Assembly: GCA_012519845.1 (NCBI GenBank)
Contig: JAAYPK010000109.1
Coordinates: forward strand, 1,765-65,764
Origin: Clostridiales bacterium
GTDB lineage: Bacteria > Bacillota > Clostridia > Clostridiales > Clostridiaceae
Reading direction: 5' to 3'
DNA length: 64,000 nt
Of the stretch, positions 42,522-53,080 are shown in pieces (within the stretch, counting starts at the first letter, position 1; each line of letters begins with the position of its first letter). Position numbers and translations under genes: made by a program. The notes beneath the pieces are model-generated. The model worked only from the letters and a program-made list of their open reading frames with translations. It searched no databases and was not told the origin of the DNA.

Positions 42522-45500
42522 ATGAGAAAAATGAAAACAATGGATGGTAATACAGCTGCTGCTCACATATCTTATGCATTTACTGAAGTTACAGCTATAT
42601 ATCCAATTACACCATCATCACCTATGGCAGAACACGTAGATGAATGGGTTGCACAAGGAAGAAAGAATATTTTTGGGCAACCAGTTAAGGTTATGGAAAT
42701 GCAATCAGAAGCAGGTGCTGCTGGTGCAGTTCATGGTTCATTACAAGCAGGTGCTTTAACTACAACTTATACTGCTTCACAAGGATTACTATTAATGATT
42801 CCAAATATGTATAAAATAGCAGGTGAATTATTACCAGGTGTATTCCATGTTTCAGCAAGAGCATTAGCTACTTCAGCTCTTAACATTTTTGGTGATCACC
42901 AAGATGTAATGGCTGCAAGACAAACAGGATTTGCAATGCTTGCAGAAGGTTCAGTTCAAGAAGTAATGGATTTATCAGCCGTAGCACATTTAGCAGCTAT
43001 TAAATCAAGAGTTCCATTCTTAAATTTCTTTGATGGATTCAGAACATCTCATGAAATTCAAAAAATCGAAGTCCTAGAATATGACGAGTTAGCTAAATTA
43101 TTAGATTGGGATGCTGTTAAAGCATTTAAAGCTAGAGCACTAAATCCAAATCATCCTGTAACAAGAGGTACTGCTCAAAATGCAGATATCTATTTCCAAG
43201 AAAGAGAAGTAGTTAACAAGTATTATGATGCTGTTCCTGAAATTGTTGAAGGATACATGGCAGAAATCACTAAACTTACAGGAAGAGAATATCACTGTTT
43301 TGATTATTATGGAGCAAAAGATGCTGATAGAGTTATAATCGCTATGGGATCTGCTACAGATGTATGTGAAGAAACAGTAGATTATTTAAATGCTAACGGA
43401 CAAAAAGTTGGTGTTGTTAAAGTAAGATTATATAGACCATTCTCAGTAGAAAAATTATTAGCTACAATTCCTAGCACTGTTAAGAAAATAGCTGTTTTAG
43501 ATAGAACTAAGGAACCAGGATCAGCTGGAGAACCATTATACTTAGATGTTAAGAATGCATTTTATGGACAAGCATCTGCTCCAATTATTGTTGGTGGTAG
43601 ATTTGGTTTAGGTTCTAAGGATCCAAATCCAGGACATATTGCTGCAGTATATGCTAACTTAGCATTAGATAATCCTAAAAATGGATTTACATTAGGAATT
43701 AATGATGACGTTACTAATACTTCATTAGAAGTAACAGAAGATATTGATGCTACACCAGAAGGAACTACAGCTTGTAAGTTCTGGGGATTAGGATCAGATG
43801 GTACTGTTGGTGCTAATAAGAGTGCAATTAAAATTATTGGTGACCACACTGATATGTATGCACAAGGATATTTCTTCTATGATTCAAAGAAATCAGGAGG
43901 AATCACAGTATCTCACTTAAGATTTGGTAAGAAAGCAATAAAATCACCTTATTTAATTAATAAAGCTGATTTTGTATCTTGTTCAAATCAATCATATGTT
44001 CACAAATATAATGTTTTAGATGGCTTAAAAAATGGAGCAACATTCTTATTAAATACAATTTGGACACCAGAGGAATTAGAAGAAAAATTACCAGCATCTT
44101 ATAAGAGATTTATTGCTAATAATAACATTAAATTCTACACTATTAATGCTGTAAAAATAGCTCAAGAAATTGGGTTAGGTGGAAGAATTAACATGATAAT
44201 GCAATCAGCATTCTTTAAGTTAGCAAAAATAATTCCATTAGATGATGCTATTAAATACTTAAAAGATGCAGTAGTAACTTCTTATGGTAAAAAAGGTGAA
44301 AAAGTTGTTAATATGAATAACGCTGCTATAGATAAAGGTGTTGATTCAATAGTTGAAATTAATATTCCTGAAAGCTGGAAGACTGCTAAGGATGAAGCAG
44401 AAGAACCAATAAAACATGCTTCAAAATTCGTTAAGGATATAGTTATTCCAATGAATAGACAAGAAGGAGATCAATTACCAGTTTCAACATTTATAGGAAT
44501 GGAAGATGGTACATTTGAAGCAGGAACTGCTGCATTCGAAAAGAGAGGAATAGCTATAAATGTTCCTGAATGGCAATCAGATAAGTGTATACAATGTAAT
44601 CAATGTTCTTTAGCTTGTCCACACGCTGCAATAAGACCATTCTTATTAACAGACGAGGAAGTTTCAAAAGCACCTGCAAGTGTTAAGGTTGTTGATGCTA
44701 AAGCATTAAAATCAGAAGAAAAATATAGCTTTGCTATGGGTATTACACCACTTGATTGTTCAGGATGTGGAAACTGTGCAGAAACTTGTCCAGTAGACGC
44801 ATTAGTTATGAAACCACAAGAATCTCAACATGATCAAATAGAAGCATGGGATTACTTAGTTTATGACATTGCAGATAAGAAAAATCCAATGAATAAGAAA
44901 ACTGTTAAGGGAAGTCAATTTGAGACTCCATTACTTGAATTCTCAGGTGCTTGTGCAGGATGTGGAGAAACACCATATGCTAAGTTAATAACTCAATTAG
45001 TTGGTGACAGAATGATGATAGCAAATGCTACAGGATGTTCATCAATTTGGGGTGGTTCTGCTCCTTCAACTCCATATACTAAGAATAAAAAAGGATATGG
45101 ACCAGCTTGGGCTAACTCATTATTTGAAGATAATGCTGAATTTGGTTTAGGTATGTTCTTAGGAGTTAAGGCACAAAGAGAAGCTTTAGCAGAAAAAGTA
45201 AAAGAAGGAATTGCAAGTGGATTATCAAGTGATGCTAAAGCAGCTGCAGAAGCTTGGCTTGAAAACATGAACGAAGGCGAAGGAACAAGAGAAAGAGCTG
45301 ACGCTTTTGAGGCAGCATTAGAAAAAGATTCCTCAAGTATAGCAAAAGAAATCCTTGCAGAAAAAGATTTATTTGTTAAGAGATCTCAATGGATATTTGG
45401 TGGAGACGGATGGGCTTACGACATCGGATACGGTGGAGTTGACCATGTATTAGCATCAGGAGAAGATATAAACATATTTGTATTTGATACAGAAGTTTAT

Positions 45501-46025
45501 TCAAATACTGGAGGACAATCTTCTAAATCAACACCAACTGCTGCAATAGCTAAATTTGCATCAAGTGGTAAGAAAACTAAGAAGAAAGATCTTGGAATGA
45601 TGGCTATGACTTATGGATATGTTTATGTGGCACAAGTTAATATTGGTGCAGATAAAAATCAAACTCTTAAGGCTATAGCAGAAGCAGAAGCATATAAGGG
45701 ACCATCATTAATAATTGGATATGCACCATGTATAAATCATGGAATTAGAATAGGTATGGGTAAGAGCCAAACAGAAGGAAAGAAAGCTGTTGAATGTGGA
45801 TATTGGGCTAATTACAGATACAATCCAGAATTAATTGGAACTAAGAATCCATTTACTTTAGATTCAAAAGAACCAACTGGTGACTTTAAGGAATTCTTAA
45901 TGGGAGAAGTAAGATACGCTTCACTTGCTAAAGCATTCCCAGAAGCTGCAGATGCATTATTTGAAAAGACTCAAAAGGATGCAATTGAAAGATTAGAAGG
46001 ATATAAGAAATTAGCAGCTCAATAA
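42522..46025 (+). CDS. nifJ: Pyruvate:ferredoxin (flavodoxin) oxidoreductase
   Basis: YPITPSS, two ferredoxin-type motifs (CIQCNQC...CP, CSGCGNC...CP), ACAGCGE, TPP-binding GGDGWAYDIG. Confidence 0.96.
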   Translation: MRKMKTMDGNTAAAHISYAFTEVTAIYPITPSSPMAEHVDEWVAQGRKNIFGQPVKVMEMQSEAGAAGAVHGSLQAGALTTTYTASQGLLLMIPNMYKIAGELLPGVFHVSARALATSALNIFGDHQDVMAARQTGFAMLAEGSVQEVMDLSAVAHLAAIKSRVPFLNFFDGFRTSHEIQKIEVLEYDELAKLLDWDAVKAFKARALNPNHPVTRGTAQNADIYFQEREVVNKYYDAVPEIVEGYMAEITKLTGREYHCFDYYGAKDADRVIIAMGSATDVCEETVDYLNANGQKVGVVKVRLYRPFSVEKLLATIPSTVKKIAVLDRTKEPGSAGEPLYLDVKNAFYGQASAPIIVGGRFGLGSKDPNPGHIAAVYANLALDNPKNGFTLGINDDVTNTSLEVTEDIDATPEGTTACKFWGLGSDGTVGANKSAIKIIGDHTDMYAQGYFFYDSKKSGGITVSHLRFGKKAIKSPYLINKADFVSCSNQSYVHKYNVLDGLKNGATFLLNTIWTPEELEEKLPASYKRFIANNNIKFYTINAVKIAQEIGLGGRINMIMQSAFFKLAKIIPLDDAIKYLKDAVVTSYGKKGEKVVNMNNAAIDKGVDSIVEINIPESWKTAKDEAEEPIKHASKFVKDIVIPMNRQEGDQLPVSTFIGMEDGTFEAGTAAFEKRGIAINVPEWQSDKCIQCNQCSLACPHAAIRPFLLTDEEVSKAPASVKVVDAKALKSEEKYSFAMGITPLDCSGCGNCAETCPVDALVMKPQESQHDQIEAWDYLVYDIADKKNPMNKKTVKGSQFETPLLEFSGACAGCGETPYAKLITQLVGDRMMIANATGCSSIWGGSAPSTPYTKNKKGYGPAWANSLFEDNAEFGLGMFLGVKAQREALAEKVKEGIASGLSSDAKAAAEAWLENMNEGEGTRERADAFEAALEKDSSSIAKEILAEKDLFVKRSQWIFGGDGWAYDIGYGGVDHVLASGEDINIFVFDTEVYSNTGGQSSKSTPTAAIAKFASSGKKTKKKDLGMMAMTYGYVYVAQVNIGADKNQTLKAIAEAEAYKGPSLIIGYAPCINHGIRIGMGKSQTEGKKAVECGYWANYRYNPELIGTKNPFTLDSKEPTGDFKEFLMGEVRYASLAKAFPEAADALFEKTQKDAIERLEGYKKLAAQ

Positions 46026-46039
46026 TATAAAAATTATAC

Positions 46040-46092
46040 AAAAAAGAGCTATCGTATTAGCGGATAAAAAATTGCTAGCGATAGCTTTTTTG
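46040..46092 (+). terminator. Terminator after PFOR
   Basis: AAAAAGAGCTATCG...CGATAGCTTTTTT hairpin. Confidence 0.8.
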
Positions 46093-46195
46093 TTTTTAAT
46101 TTTCACTCTTTTGTATATATAAATAAAAAACACTTTTAATTTATTACAAATAAGGTTAAAATATAATGAGTAATGAAAATTAAGGAGGAAATTTA

Positions 46196-46528
46196 ATGGA
46201 TAATGAATTAAATAATTGCTGTGGACATAACCATGGAGAAGAATGTGGTTGTGGACATGAACATAATCATGACCATTCTGAATGTGATTGCGGATGTGAA
46301 AGTGAAAGTTTTGTAATAGATTTAGAAGATGAAAATGGAAATGTAGTATCTTGCCCAATAATTGATGCATTTGAGTTTGAAGACAGTGAATATGTATTAG
46401 CACAAAATCCAGAAGATGGTTCAGTTTACATGTTTAAAAATGTAAATGAAGAACTTATAGTACCTGAAGAAGAAGAATTCAACAGAGTAGCAACATACTA
46501 TAATGATGAATTAGTTGAGGAAGAATAA
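46196..46528 (+). CDS. DUF1292-like protein with a His/Cys-rich N-terminal tail
   Basis: IDLEDENG...FEFEDSEYV...EEEFNRV acidic domain preceded by CCGHNHGEECGCGHEHNHDHSECDCGC. Confidence 0.8.
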   Translation: MDNELNNCCGHNHGEECGCGHEHNHDHSECDCGCESESFVIDLEDENGNVVSCPIIDAFEFEDSEYVLAQNPEDGSVYMFKNVNEELIVPEEEEFNRVATYYNDELVEEE

Positions 46529-46558
46529 ATAAGAGTGGGATAACCACTCTTATTTATT
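46524..46558 (+). terminator. Terminator hairpin
   Basis: AATAAATAAGAGTGG / CCACTCTTATTTATT. Confidence 0.7.
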
Positions 46559-46576
46559 ATAACTTGGGGGTAAATA

Positions 46577-47404
46577 ATGAAATATGCAGATTTACATATT
46601 CATTCCTCTTATTCTGATGGCTCTTTAAAACCTGAAAAGATAATTGAATTAGCACGTAGTCGTAATGTAAAATGTATATCCATAACGGATCATAATTCAA
46701 TTGTTTCACAATACATAACAAAAAAACAAGTAGAAGATTTAGAAATCATTCCTGGAATAGAAATTAGTACTAAATTTAAAGAATATGAAATACATATTTT
46801 AGGCTATTATTTTGATATAGAAAATGAAAGTTTAATAAATGCTTTAGATAGTTTGTATCAAAAAAGAATAGGAAGAGTGGAAGTAATACTAAATAAATTA
46901 AAAGAAATAGGAATTAACATAGGTTTAGAAGAAATACTCATAGATAATGATATGTCAATTGGTAGAGGTAATATTGCTGAAGTTATGATAAAAAAAGGAT
47001 ATGTATTAAATCATAAAGAAGCCTTTAACAAATATCTAGCTGAAGGGAAATATGCTTTTATTGAGGGGGAAAAATTAGAATGTAGTCAGGTAATAAAATT
47101 AATTCATGCTAGTGGGGGTATTGCGGTTTTGGCGCATCCTGGTAAAATATATAGAAATATTATGATCCAAAATATTATAAAAGAATTAAAAATGTATGGA
47201 ATAGATGGTATAGAGGTATATCATCCTAGTCATAGTAGAGAAGAGATAAACTATTTCTATAATATAGGTAAAAAATATAATTTATTAATAACTGGCGGAA
47301 GTGATTTTCATAAGATAGAAAAAGAAGAAAAAAATATAGGCGATTATGGAATTGATGAAAAATTATTTAATAAAATTTTAAAATATCGAAACACTATAGG
47401 TTAA
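46577..47404 (+). CDS. PHP-domain phosphoesterase (TrpH/YciV-like)
   Basis: DLHIHSSYSDG, ITDH, HILGY, LAHP, GGSDFH. Confidence 0.9.
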   Translation: MKYADLHIHSSYSDGSLKPEKIIELARSRNVKCISITDHNSIVSQYITKKQVEDLEIIPGIEISTKFKEYEIHILGYYFDIENESLINALDSLYQKRIGRVEVILNKLKEIGINIGLEEILIDNDMSIGRGNIAEVMIKKGYVLNHKEAFNKYLAEGKYAFIEGEKLECSQVIKLIHASGGIAVLAHPGKIYRNIMIQNIIKELKMYGIDGIEVYHPSHSREEINYFYNIGKKYNLLITGGSDFHKIEKEEKNIGDYGIDEKLFNKILKYRNTIG

Positions 47405-47456
47405 GACACATTACTAAAATATGGGAAAATGAAATATTAATTTTTTATAAATTATA

Positions 47457-47497
47457 AAAAACCTAGCATTACAGGGTAGCCTAGATGCTAGGTTTTT
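47457..47497. terminator. Terminator-like hairpin
   Basis: AAAAACCTAGCAT / ATGCTAGGTTTTT with a 15-nt loop. Confidence 0.7.
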
Positions 47498-47547
47498 AAT
47501 ATTAAATGGCGTATAATTAAGGTAAGGAATTATCTTGGAGGACAATA

Positions 47548-48186
47548 ATGATTAAATTAGCAATTTTTGATGTAGATTTTACTATTACAAAAAAGGAAAC
47601 ATTAATTGAATTTTATAAATTTAATATTAAAAGAAAAAAAAGTTTGTTGAAATATTTACCAAAGGCGCTTTTTAGTGGAGGAATGTATCTTTTAGGTAAA
47701 TATGATGAAAAACAAGTAAAAGAATCATTTTTATCATTCATTGATGGAATTAATGAAAAGGAATTAATGGAGATAGTAAAAGAATATTATGAAGATAAAT
47801 TAAAAAATATACTATATAAGGATGCAATAAAGAAGATAAAAGAATTAAAAAAGGAAGGATATTATATATATTTAATATCTGCTTCTCCAGAGTTTTATTT
47901 AAATGAATTATACAAGATTGAAGAAATAGATAAGATAATTGGTACTAAATTTTCTTTTGAAGATTCAAAATTTAAAAGCAAAATGCTAGGAGAAAATTGT
48001 AAAGGAAAAGAAAAAGTTAATAGATTATATGAAGTGTTAAAAGAAGAAAATCTGAATGTAGACTTTAATGAATCATATATGTTTTCAGATTCTCTTTCAG
48101 ATAAACCATTATTAGATTTAGTTGGGAAACCATATCTAATTAATTATAAAAAGGATACTAAAATGAAAGTATTAAATTGGAGATAG
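47548..48186 (+). CDS. HAD-IB family hydrolase
   Basis: FDVDFT, ISASP, NCKGKEK, SDSLSD. Confidence 0.88.
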   Translation: MIKLAIFDVDFTITKKETLIEFYKFNIKRKKSLLKYLPKALFSGGMYLLGKYDEKQVKESFLSFIDGINEKELMEIVKEYYEDKLKNILYKDAIKKIKELKKEGYYIYLISASPEFYLNELYKIEEIDKIIGTKFSFEDSKFKSKMLGENCKGKEKVNRLYEVLKEENLNVDFNESYMFSDSLSDKPLLDLVGKPYLINYKKDTKMKVLNWR

Positions 48187-48197
48187 GAGGAAATATC

Positions 48198-48992
48198 ATG
48201 AGTAATAATTTATATATTGAGAATAGTGAAATTAAAAAAATATCTGAATTTCAAGAGGAAGCAGGGAAGACTATTTATGAGGTAATCCGTATTATTGATG
48301 GTAAACCTTTATTCTATGAAGAACATTATGAAAGAATGGCATATTCTTTTAAACTAAGTAATAAAGAAATTCCTTTCACTAATGAAGAATTAAAAAAATA
48401 TATTGATAAATTAATTAAAGAGAATAAAAGTAAAATAGGCAATATTAAAATAACATATAATTTAGATAGTGGTAATCTGAAAGTGTTCTTTATTAAACAT
48501 AAATATCCAACAAAAAAAATGTATACAGCTGGTGTTAAGACTATTTTATATTTTGGTGAAAGAGAAAATCCTAATGCAAAGATAGTTAATAAAAATTTTA
48601 GAGAAAATATTGATAAGAAATTAACAGAACAAGATGCATTTGAAGCAATATTAGTTGATAGAAATGGAATAATAACAGAAGGCAGCAGATCTAATATATT
48701 TATGATAAAGGAGGATAGATTATATACCTCAAAAATAGAAAATGTATTACCTGGTATTACTAGAACTGAAATAATTAGAATGGCAATAGAAATGAATATA
48801 AAAGTTATAGAAAAAGATATTAAATATATAGATTTAAACACTTTTGATGCAATGTTTATTTCAGGAACATCCCCTAAAATATTACCAATTTCAAAAGTTG
48901 AAGAAAAGGAATTTAATTGTAAAAATGAATTACTAATTAAATTAATAGAGAATTTTGATAAAAGAATAGAAAAATACTTAGAAGAAAATTAA
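48198..48992 (+). CDS. PLP-dependent aminotransferase class IV family protein
   Basis: IYEVIR, HYER, PNAK, TEGSRSNIF, LPGITR. Start at 48198 after AGGAGG. Confidence 0.88.
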   Translation: MSNNLYIENSEIKKISEFQEEAGKTIYEVIRIIDGKPLFYEEHYERMAYSFKLSNKEIPFTNEELKKYIDKLIKENKSKIGNIKITYNLDSGNLKVFFIKHKYPTKKMYTAGVKTILYFGERENPNAKIVNKNFRENIDKKLTEQDAFEAILVDRNGIITEGSRSNIFMIKEDRLYTSKIENVLPGITRTEIIRMAIEMNIKVIEKDIKYIDLNTFDAMFISGTSPKILPISKVEEKEFNCKNELLIKLIENFDKRIEKYLEEN

Positions 48993-49094
48993 CAATTAAT
49001 GAATAAAATGTATATTATTTTTTAATAATATAAAATATTGAATTAATAATGATATACTTAATTAAGGGATAATAAAGATAAGGAGATGATTAAT

Positions 49095-51083
49095 ATGACA
49101 AGAGTATTTCATGGTAAAACATTAGATGAATGTTTGAATATGGCTGCGAATGAATTATCTCTACCAAAAGATAAAATTAAATATCTAATCAATAAAGAAA
49201 CAAAAGGAATATTCAAGAAGTATTGTGAAATTACTGTACAAAACGATAAAAAAAATCATGATGATATGTCCTTATCTGATTTAAAAGGGTTAACAATTAA
49301 TGCTAATGAGGATTATAGTGAGCAATCAGAAAGTTATGAGGAAGTAATAGATGATAAAGATGATAAATCCGGGAGAGTATCGGTATCAGAGGGGACAATT
49401 AAGTTATTAACTGAAGAAAATCAAAAATTTAAAATTAATTTTGAAAACAATGTTAATTTACTAATAAATGGTCAATTAGCAAAAGTAGGACAAGAAGTAA
49501 CAAGTAAAGATGTAATAAATTTCAATACAGAAGTAAGTAATGGTAAAAGGGAACTAAATATTCAATCAAATTCAATGGAAGCTAAGATTTCAATTACATA
49601 CACAAATGCAGCTGTTAATAAAGTTTATGCAAGCATATCAAATGATATTTTGTACATAAAATCTAGGATGGTAAAAGGTGATATTCCTCCCCATTATGAT
49701 AAAAAAGAAATAAAACAAGCTTTATTGGAAAAAAACATAGTCTATGGCATTAATGAAGCTGCCATTGAAGAAGCCACTTTAAAAGATAATGTAAAAGATC
49801 TTTTGGTTGCTAGTGGATTAGCTCCTATTAATGATGAAAACGATAAAATTGAAATATATTTTCAGGGCACAAAAAGAATAGTAGATGAAGATTCTAAAGA
49901 TACCATTGATTATAGAAATCTATATTCTATTTCTAATGTTGTTAGTGGATCTGTTATAGCAGAACTAATTATTGGAAAAGATGGAGTGGATGGAATAAAT
50001 ATATTTGGAAACACAGTGCCGAGAAAGTTAAAAAAAAGTTTACACCTAAAGGCAGCAAATGGTTGTAAAATAGAAGATAACAAGGTTATTGCTACAATTG
50101 ATGGACAACCTACTGTAAAAAGTGGTGTTTTTTACGTTAATCAAGTATTTCAAGCACCAGCTGATGTTGATATAAAAAGTGGAAATATAAAATTTATTGG
50201 TGATGTAAAAATTGCAAAAAACATTAAGGAGGGTATGTGTGTAGAAGCTGGTAATAGCGTTGATGTAGGTGGAAATGTTGAAACAGCTACAATAATTTCG
50301 CAAGGAGATACTAGTATCCGAGGTAGTATAATTAATTCTAAACTATTAATAGGATCAAATGATATGGTTAATCAGCAGTATATTGATTGTTTGGAATATG
50401 TAATCAAGGAAATTAAAATGCTTATTTCTTATTTTAATGAAATAAAGAGAAAATATCCTAAGATAAGCAAAAAAGATGGAGAAATAATAAAAATAGTTAT
50501 TGAGAATAAGTTACAAACTCTTCCTGAAAAAGCTGCAGAATTAATTAAGTATGAAGGCGAAGCTGAAGCATTTAATATTAATAAATTTGTAAAAGAAAAA
50601 ATATTAGGATTTGGACCTTTATCAATAAAAAATATTAATGAATTGCAAGGCTTCATATCAACACTTAAAAAGGAATTGGAAATAGTAAAGGAGAATTTAA
50701 TTGTTCCAGTTAATGTTTATATTAATTATATTCAAGATTCAGAAGTAACTGCTACAGGAAATATTTACATCACAGGTAAAGGACAATATGTTTCAAATTT
50801 ATCTTGTCTTGGAGACATAATTTTCACGCAAAATTCTTCAGTTTCAAGAGGGGGAGTATTAAAAGCTAAAGGAAAAATAAAAGCTGGAATAGTGGGAAGC
50901 CCTGCAGGAGTAAGTACTATATTAAAAGTACCAACTGATGGCATAATAACTGCTAATATAGCTTATAATAATACTACTTTTTGTTTTGGTGAAAGACAGT
51001 TTACTTTAGATATAGCATCAAAGCAAGTTAAAGCATACATGGATAAAAAAGGTGAGATTGTAGTAGAAAAATTCGTACTATAG
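49095..51083 (+). CDS. FapA/DUF342 flagellar assembly protein with a Jag_N-like N-terminal domain
   Basis: N-terminal GKTLDECLNMAANEL...KETKGIF. IVYGI, IDYR, GINIFG, DVDIKSGNIKFIGDV beta-helix region. First gene of the che cluster. Alternative start at 49086. Confidence 0.8.
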   Translation: MTRVFHGKTLDECLNMAANELSLPKDKIKYLINKETKGIFKKYCEITVQNDKKNHDDMSLSDLKGLTINANEDYSEQSESYEEVIDDKDDKSGRVSVSEGTIKLLTEENQKFKINFENNVNLLINGQLAKVGQEVTSKDVINFNTEVSNGKRELNIQSNSMEAKISITYTNAAVNKVYASISNDILYIKSRMVKGDIPPHYDKKEIKQALLEKNIVYGINEAAIEEATLKDNVKDLLVASGLAPINDENDKIEIYFQGTKRIVDEDSKDTIDYRNLYSISNVVSGSVIAELIIGKDGVDGINIFGNTVPRKLKKSLHLKAANGCKIEDNKVIATIDGQPTVKSGVFYVNQVFQAPADVDIKSGNIKFIGDVKIAKNIKEGMCVEAGNSVDVGGNVETATIISQGDTSIRGSIINSKLLIGSNDMVNQQYIDCLEYVIKEIKMLISYFNEIKRKYPKISKKDGEIIKIVIENKLQTLPEKAAELIKYEGEAEAFNINKFVKEKILGFGPLSIKNINELQGFISTLKKELEIVKENLIVPVNVYINYIQDSEVTATGNIYITGKGQYVSNLSCLGDIIFTQNSSVSRGGVLKAKGKIKAGIVGSPAGVSTILKVPTDGIITANIAYNNTTFCFGERQFTLDIASKQVKAYMDKKGEIVVEKFVL

Positions 51084-51094
51084 GAGGAGATAAT

Positions 51095-51544
51095 ATGGAA
51101 GATAAAGAAATAAAAGTACTAATTTTTGGGTTGAATGGTGAGTATTATGCAACAGATATTCTTGATGTTGAAAGAATACTTGGATATGAACAACCTACCG
51201 AAATGCCAGATGTGCCAAAATTTGTTGAAGGGGTTATTAATCACGAAAATAAAATACTACCAATAATTAATCTGGCAAAAAAATTTAATTTTCAGCCAAA
51301 TGAAAAAAATGATCAAACTAAAATAATAGTTATTAAAAATGATAGTAAAAAGTTTGGAATTATTGTTGATAATGTATATGAAGTAACTGATGTGGATTAT
51401 AGTCTTTTTGAAGAAGCACCTACAATTACAACAACAATTTCAAAAAGGTTTATTAAAGGGCTAATTAAGCTTGATGAAAAAATAATTATTTTATTAAATA
51501 TTGTTAATATATTAACTGAAGAAGAAGAGGAACAGATCTTTTAG
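51095..51544 (+). CDS. cheW: Chemotaxis protein CheW
   Basis: IFGLNGEYYA, VEGVIN, GIIVDNV. Confidence 0.92.
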   Translation: MEDKEIKVLIFGLNGEYYATDILDVERILGYEQPTEMPDVPKFVEGVINHENKILPIINLAKKFNFQPNEKNDQTKIIVIKNDSKKFGIIVDNVYEVTDVDYSLFEEAPTITTTISKRFIKGLIKLDEKIIILLNIVNILTEEEEEQIF

Positions 51545-51555
51545 TGGAGGTAAGT

Positions 51556-52044
51556 ATGGAAAATGATCAAGTCAAAGTAGGAATTGCAGATTTGAATTTA
51601 GTTTTACCTCCAGGAACCATAATGACAATTGGATTAGGATCATGTGTAGGGATTGCTTTATATGATAAAAAATTAAAAATAGCAGGATTAGCACATATTA
51701 TGCTTCCTGATAGTAAACAATTTAAAGATATATCTGTTCCAATGAAGTTTGCAGATTTAGCAATTCCATTATTAATAAAAGCTATGGAGAAAAAAGGCTC
51801 CAGTATTAATGCAATTACAGCTAAAATTGCTGGTGGCGCATCAATGTTTAATTTTTCAGATAAAAATATAGTAAGTGATATAGGAAAAAGAAATATTATT
51901 TCAGTAAAGGACACGCTTCAGAGAATTGGAATCCCAATTATAGCAGAAGATACAGGTGGAAATAAAGGAAGAACTATGATATTAGATTCAAATGACGGAA
52001 AGGTAACAATTAGAATTGTAGGACAAGGTATTGTTACCTTGTAG
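51556..52044 (+). CDS. cheD: Chemoreceptor glutamine deamidase CheD
   Basis: GLGSCVG, AHIMLP, AKIAGGA, EDTGG..GR. Confidence 0.95.
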   Translation: MENDQVKVGIADLNLVLPPGTIMTIGLGSCVGIALYDKKLKIAGLAHIMLPDSKQFKDISVPMKFADLAIPLLIKAMEKKGSSINAITAKIAGGASMFNFSDKNIVSDIGKRNIISVKDTLQRIGIPIIAEDTGGNKGRTMILDSNDGKVTIRIVGQGIVTL

Positions 52045-52058
52045 TGTGGGGTGTAGCT

Positions 52059-53078
52059 ATGGATAAAATAAAAGTTATAGTAGTTGATGATTCAGCATTT
52101 ATGAGGATGATAATAGCAGAAATAATAGAATCCTCTGACAAGTTTAAAGTTGTGGCTAAGCTGAGAAATGGTAAAGAATTATTAGAAAAAGTAGAGTATT
52201 ATAAACCAGATGTAATAACTTTAGATATAGAGATGCCTGAACTAGATGGTCTTGAGACTTTGAAAGAATTAAAAAAAAGACAATATAATTATCCTATAAT
52301 TATGCTAAGTAGCATGGATGATTCAAGAAAAACAATGCAATGTTTAGAATTAGGTGCTGTAGACTTTATTAAAAAACCTACAGACATTAAAAATCAGTCA
52401 GAAGAAACAAGGGAAAGTATAACTGAGAAGATTTACGAAATAATAGATAGTAATAAAATAAAAGTAAATAATAGAAGTATAAAAAGATGTAATAAAATAA
52501 TTAGTAACAAAATAGATGCAGTAGTAATTGGTGCATCAACAGGTGGACCAAAGGCTTTACAAGAGGTATTAACTAAAATAGATAGAAGTATATGCAAGCC
52601 AATTTTTGTGGTGCAGCATATGCCCAAAGGATTCACTAAAGCTTTTGCAGAACGATTAAATAGGATATGTGACTTAAATGTAGTAGAAGCAGAAGATAAT
52701 ATGGAGATAAAAGGAAATACCATATATATTGCACAGGGTGGATATCATATGACAGTAGGAAATGGAAGATATATAAAGTTAAATGAAGAACCATCAATAT
52801 GGGGTGTTAGACCAGCTGTGGACAAGTTATTCGAATCTGCTGTAAAAGTGTATAATGGGAATTTATTATCTGTTATATTAACAGGTATGGGTAAAGATGG
52901 TGCTAAAGGAACTGCACTAATAAAAGATGCAGGAGGAGTAACCATTGCAGAAGATCAATCTACTTGTACAATATATGGGATGCCTAAAGCAGCCTATGAA
53001 ACTGGTAAAGTAGATATGGTTTTACCACTAAATGAAGTTGGAATAAATATTATGAAAATAGCTAAAGGGAGAAATTAA
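52059..53078 (+). CDS. cheB: Chemotaxis methylesterase CheB
   Basis: Receiver domain plus GASTGGP, VQHMP, TGMGKDG. Confidence 0.96.
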   Translation: MDKIKVIVVDDSAFMRMIIAEIIESSDKFKVVAKLRNGKELLEKVEYYKPDVITLDIEMPELDGLETLKELKKRQYNYPIIMLSSMDDSRKTMQCLELGAVDFIKKPTDIKNQSEETRESITEKIYEIIDSNKIKVNNRSIKRCNKIISNKIDAVVIGASTGGPKALQEVLTKIDRSICKPIFVVQHMPKGFTKAFAERLNRICDLNVVEAEDNMEIKGNTIYIAQGGYHMTVGNGRYIKLNEEPSIWGVRPAVDKLFESAVKVYNGNLLSVILTGMGKDGAKGTALIKDAGGVTIAEDQSTCTIYGMPKAAYETGKVDMVLPLNEVGINIMKIAKGRN

Positions 53079-53080
53079 TT

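Noticed and set aside
46011-46403. His-rich 130-aa antisense ORF
   Set aside because: The His richness is a by-product of ATG/GTG-rich sense sequence. It crosses a terminator and overlaps a well-supported + strand gene.
48326-48841. 171-aa antisense ORF
   Set aside because: Shadow of the class IV aminotransferase gene, with no recognisable features.
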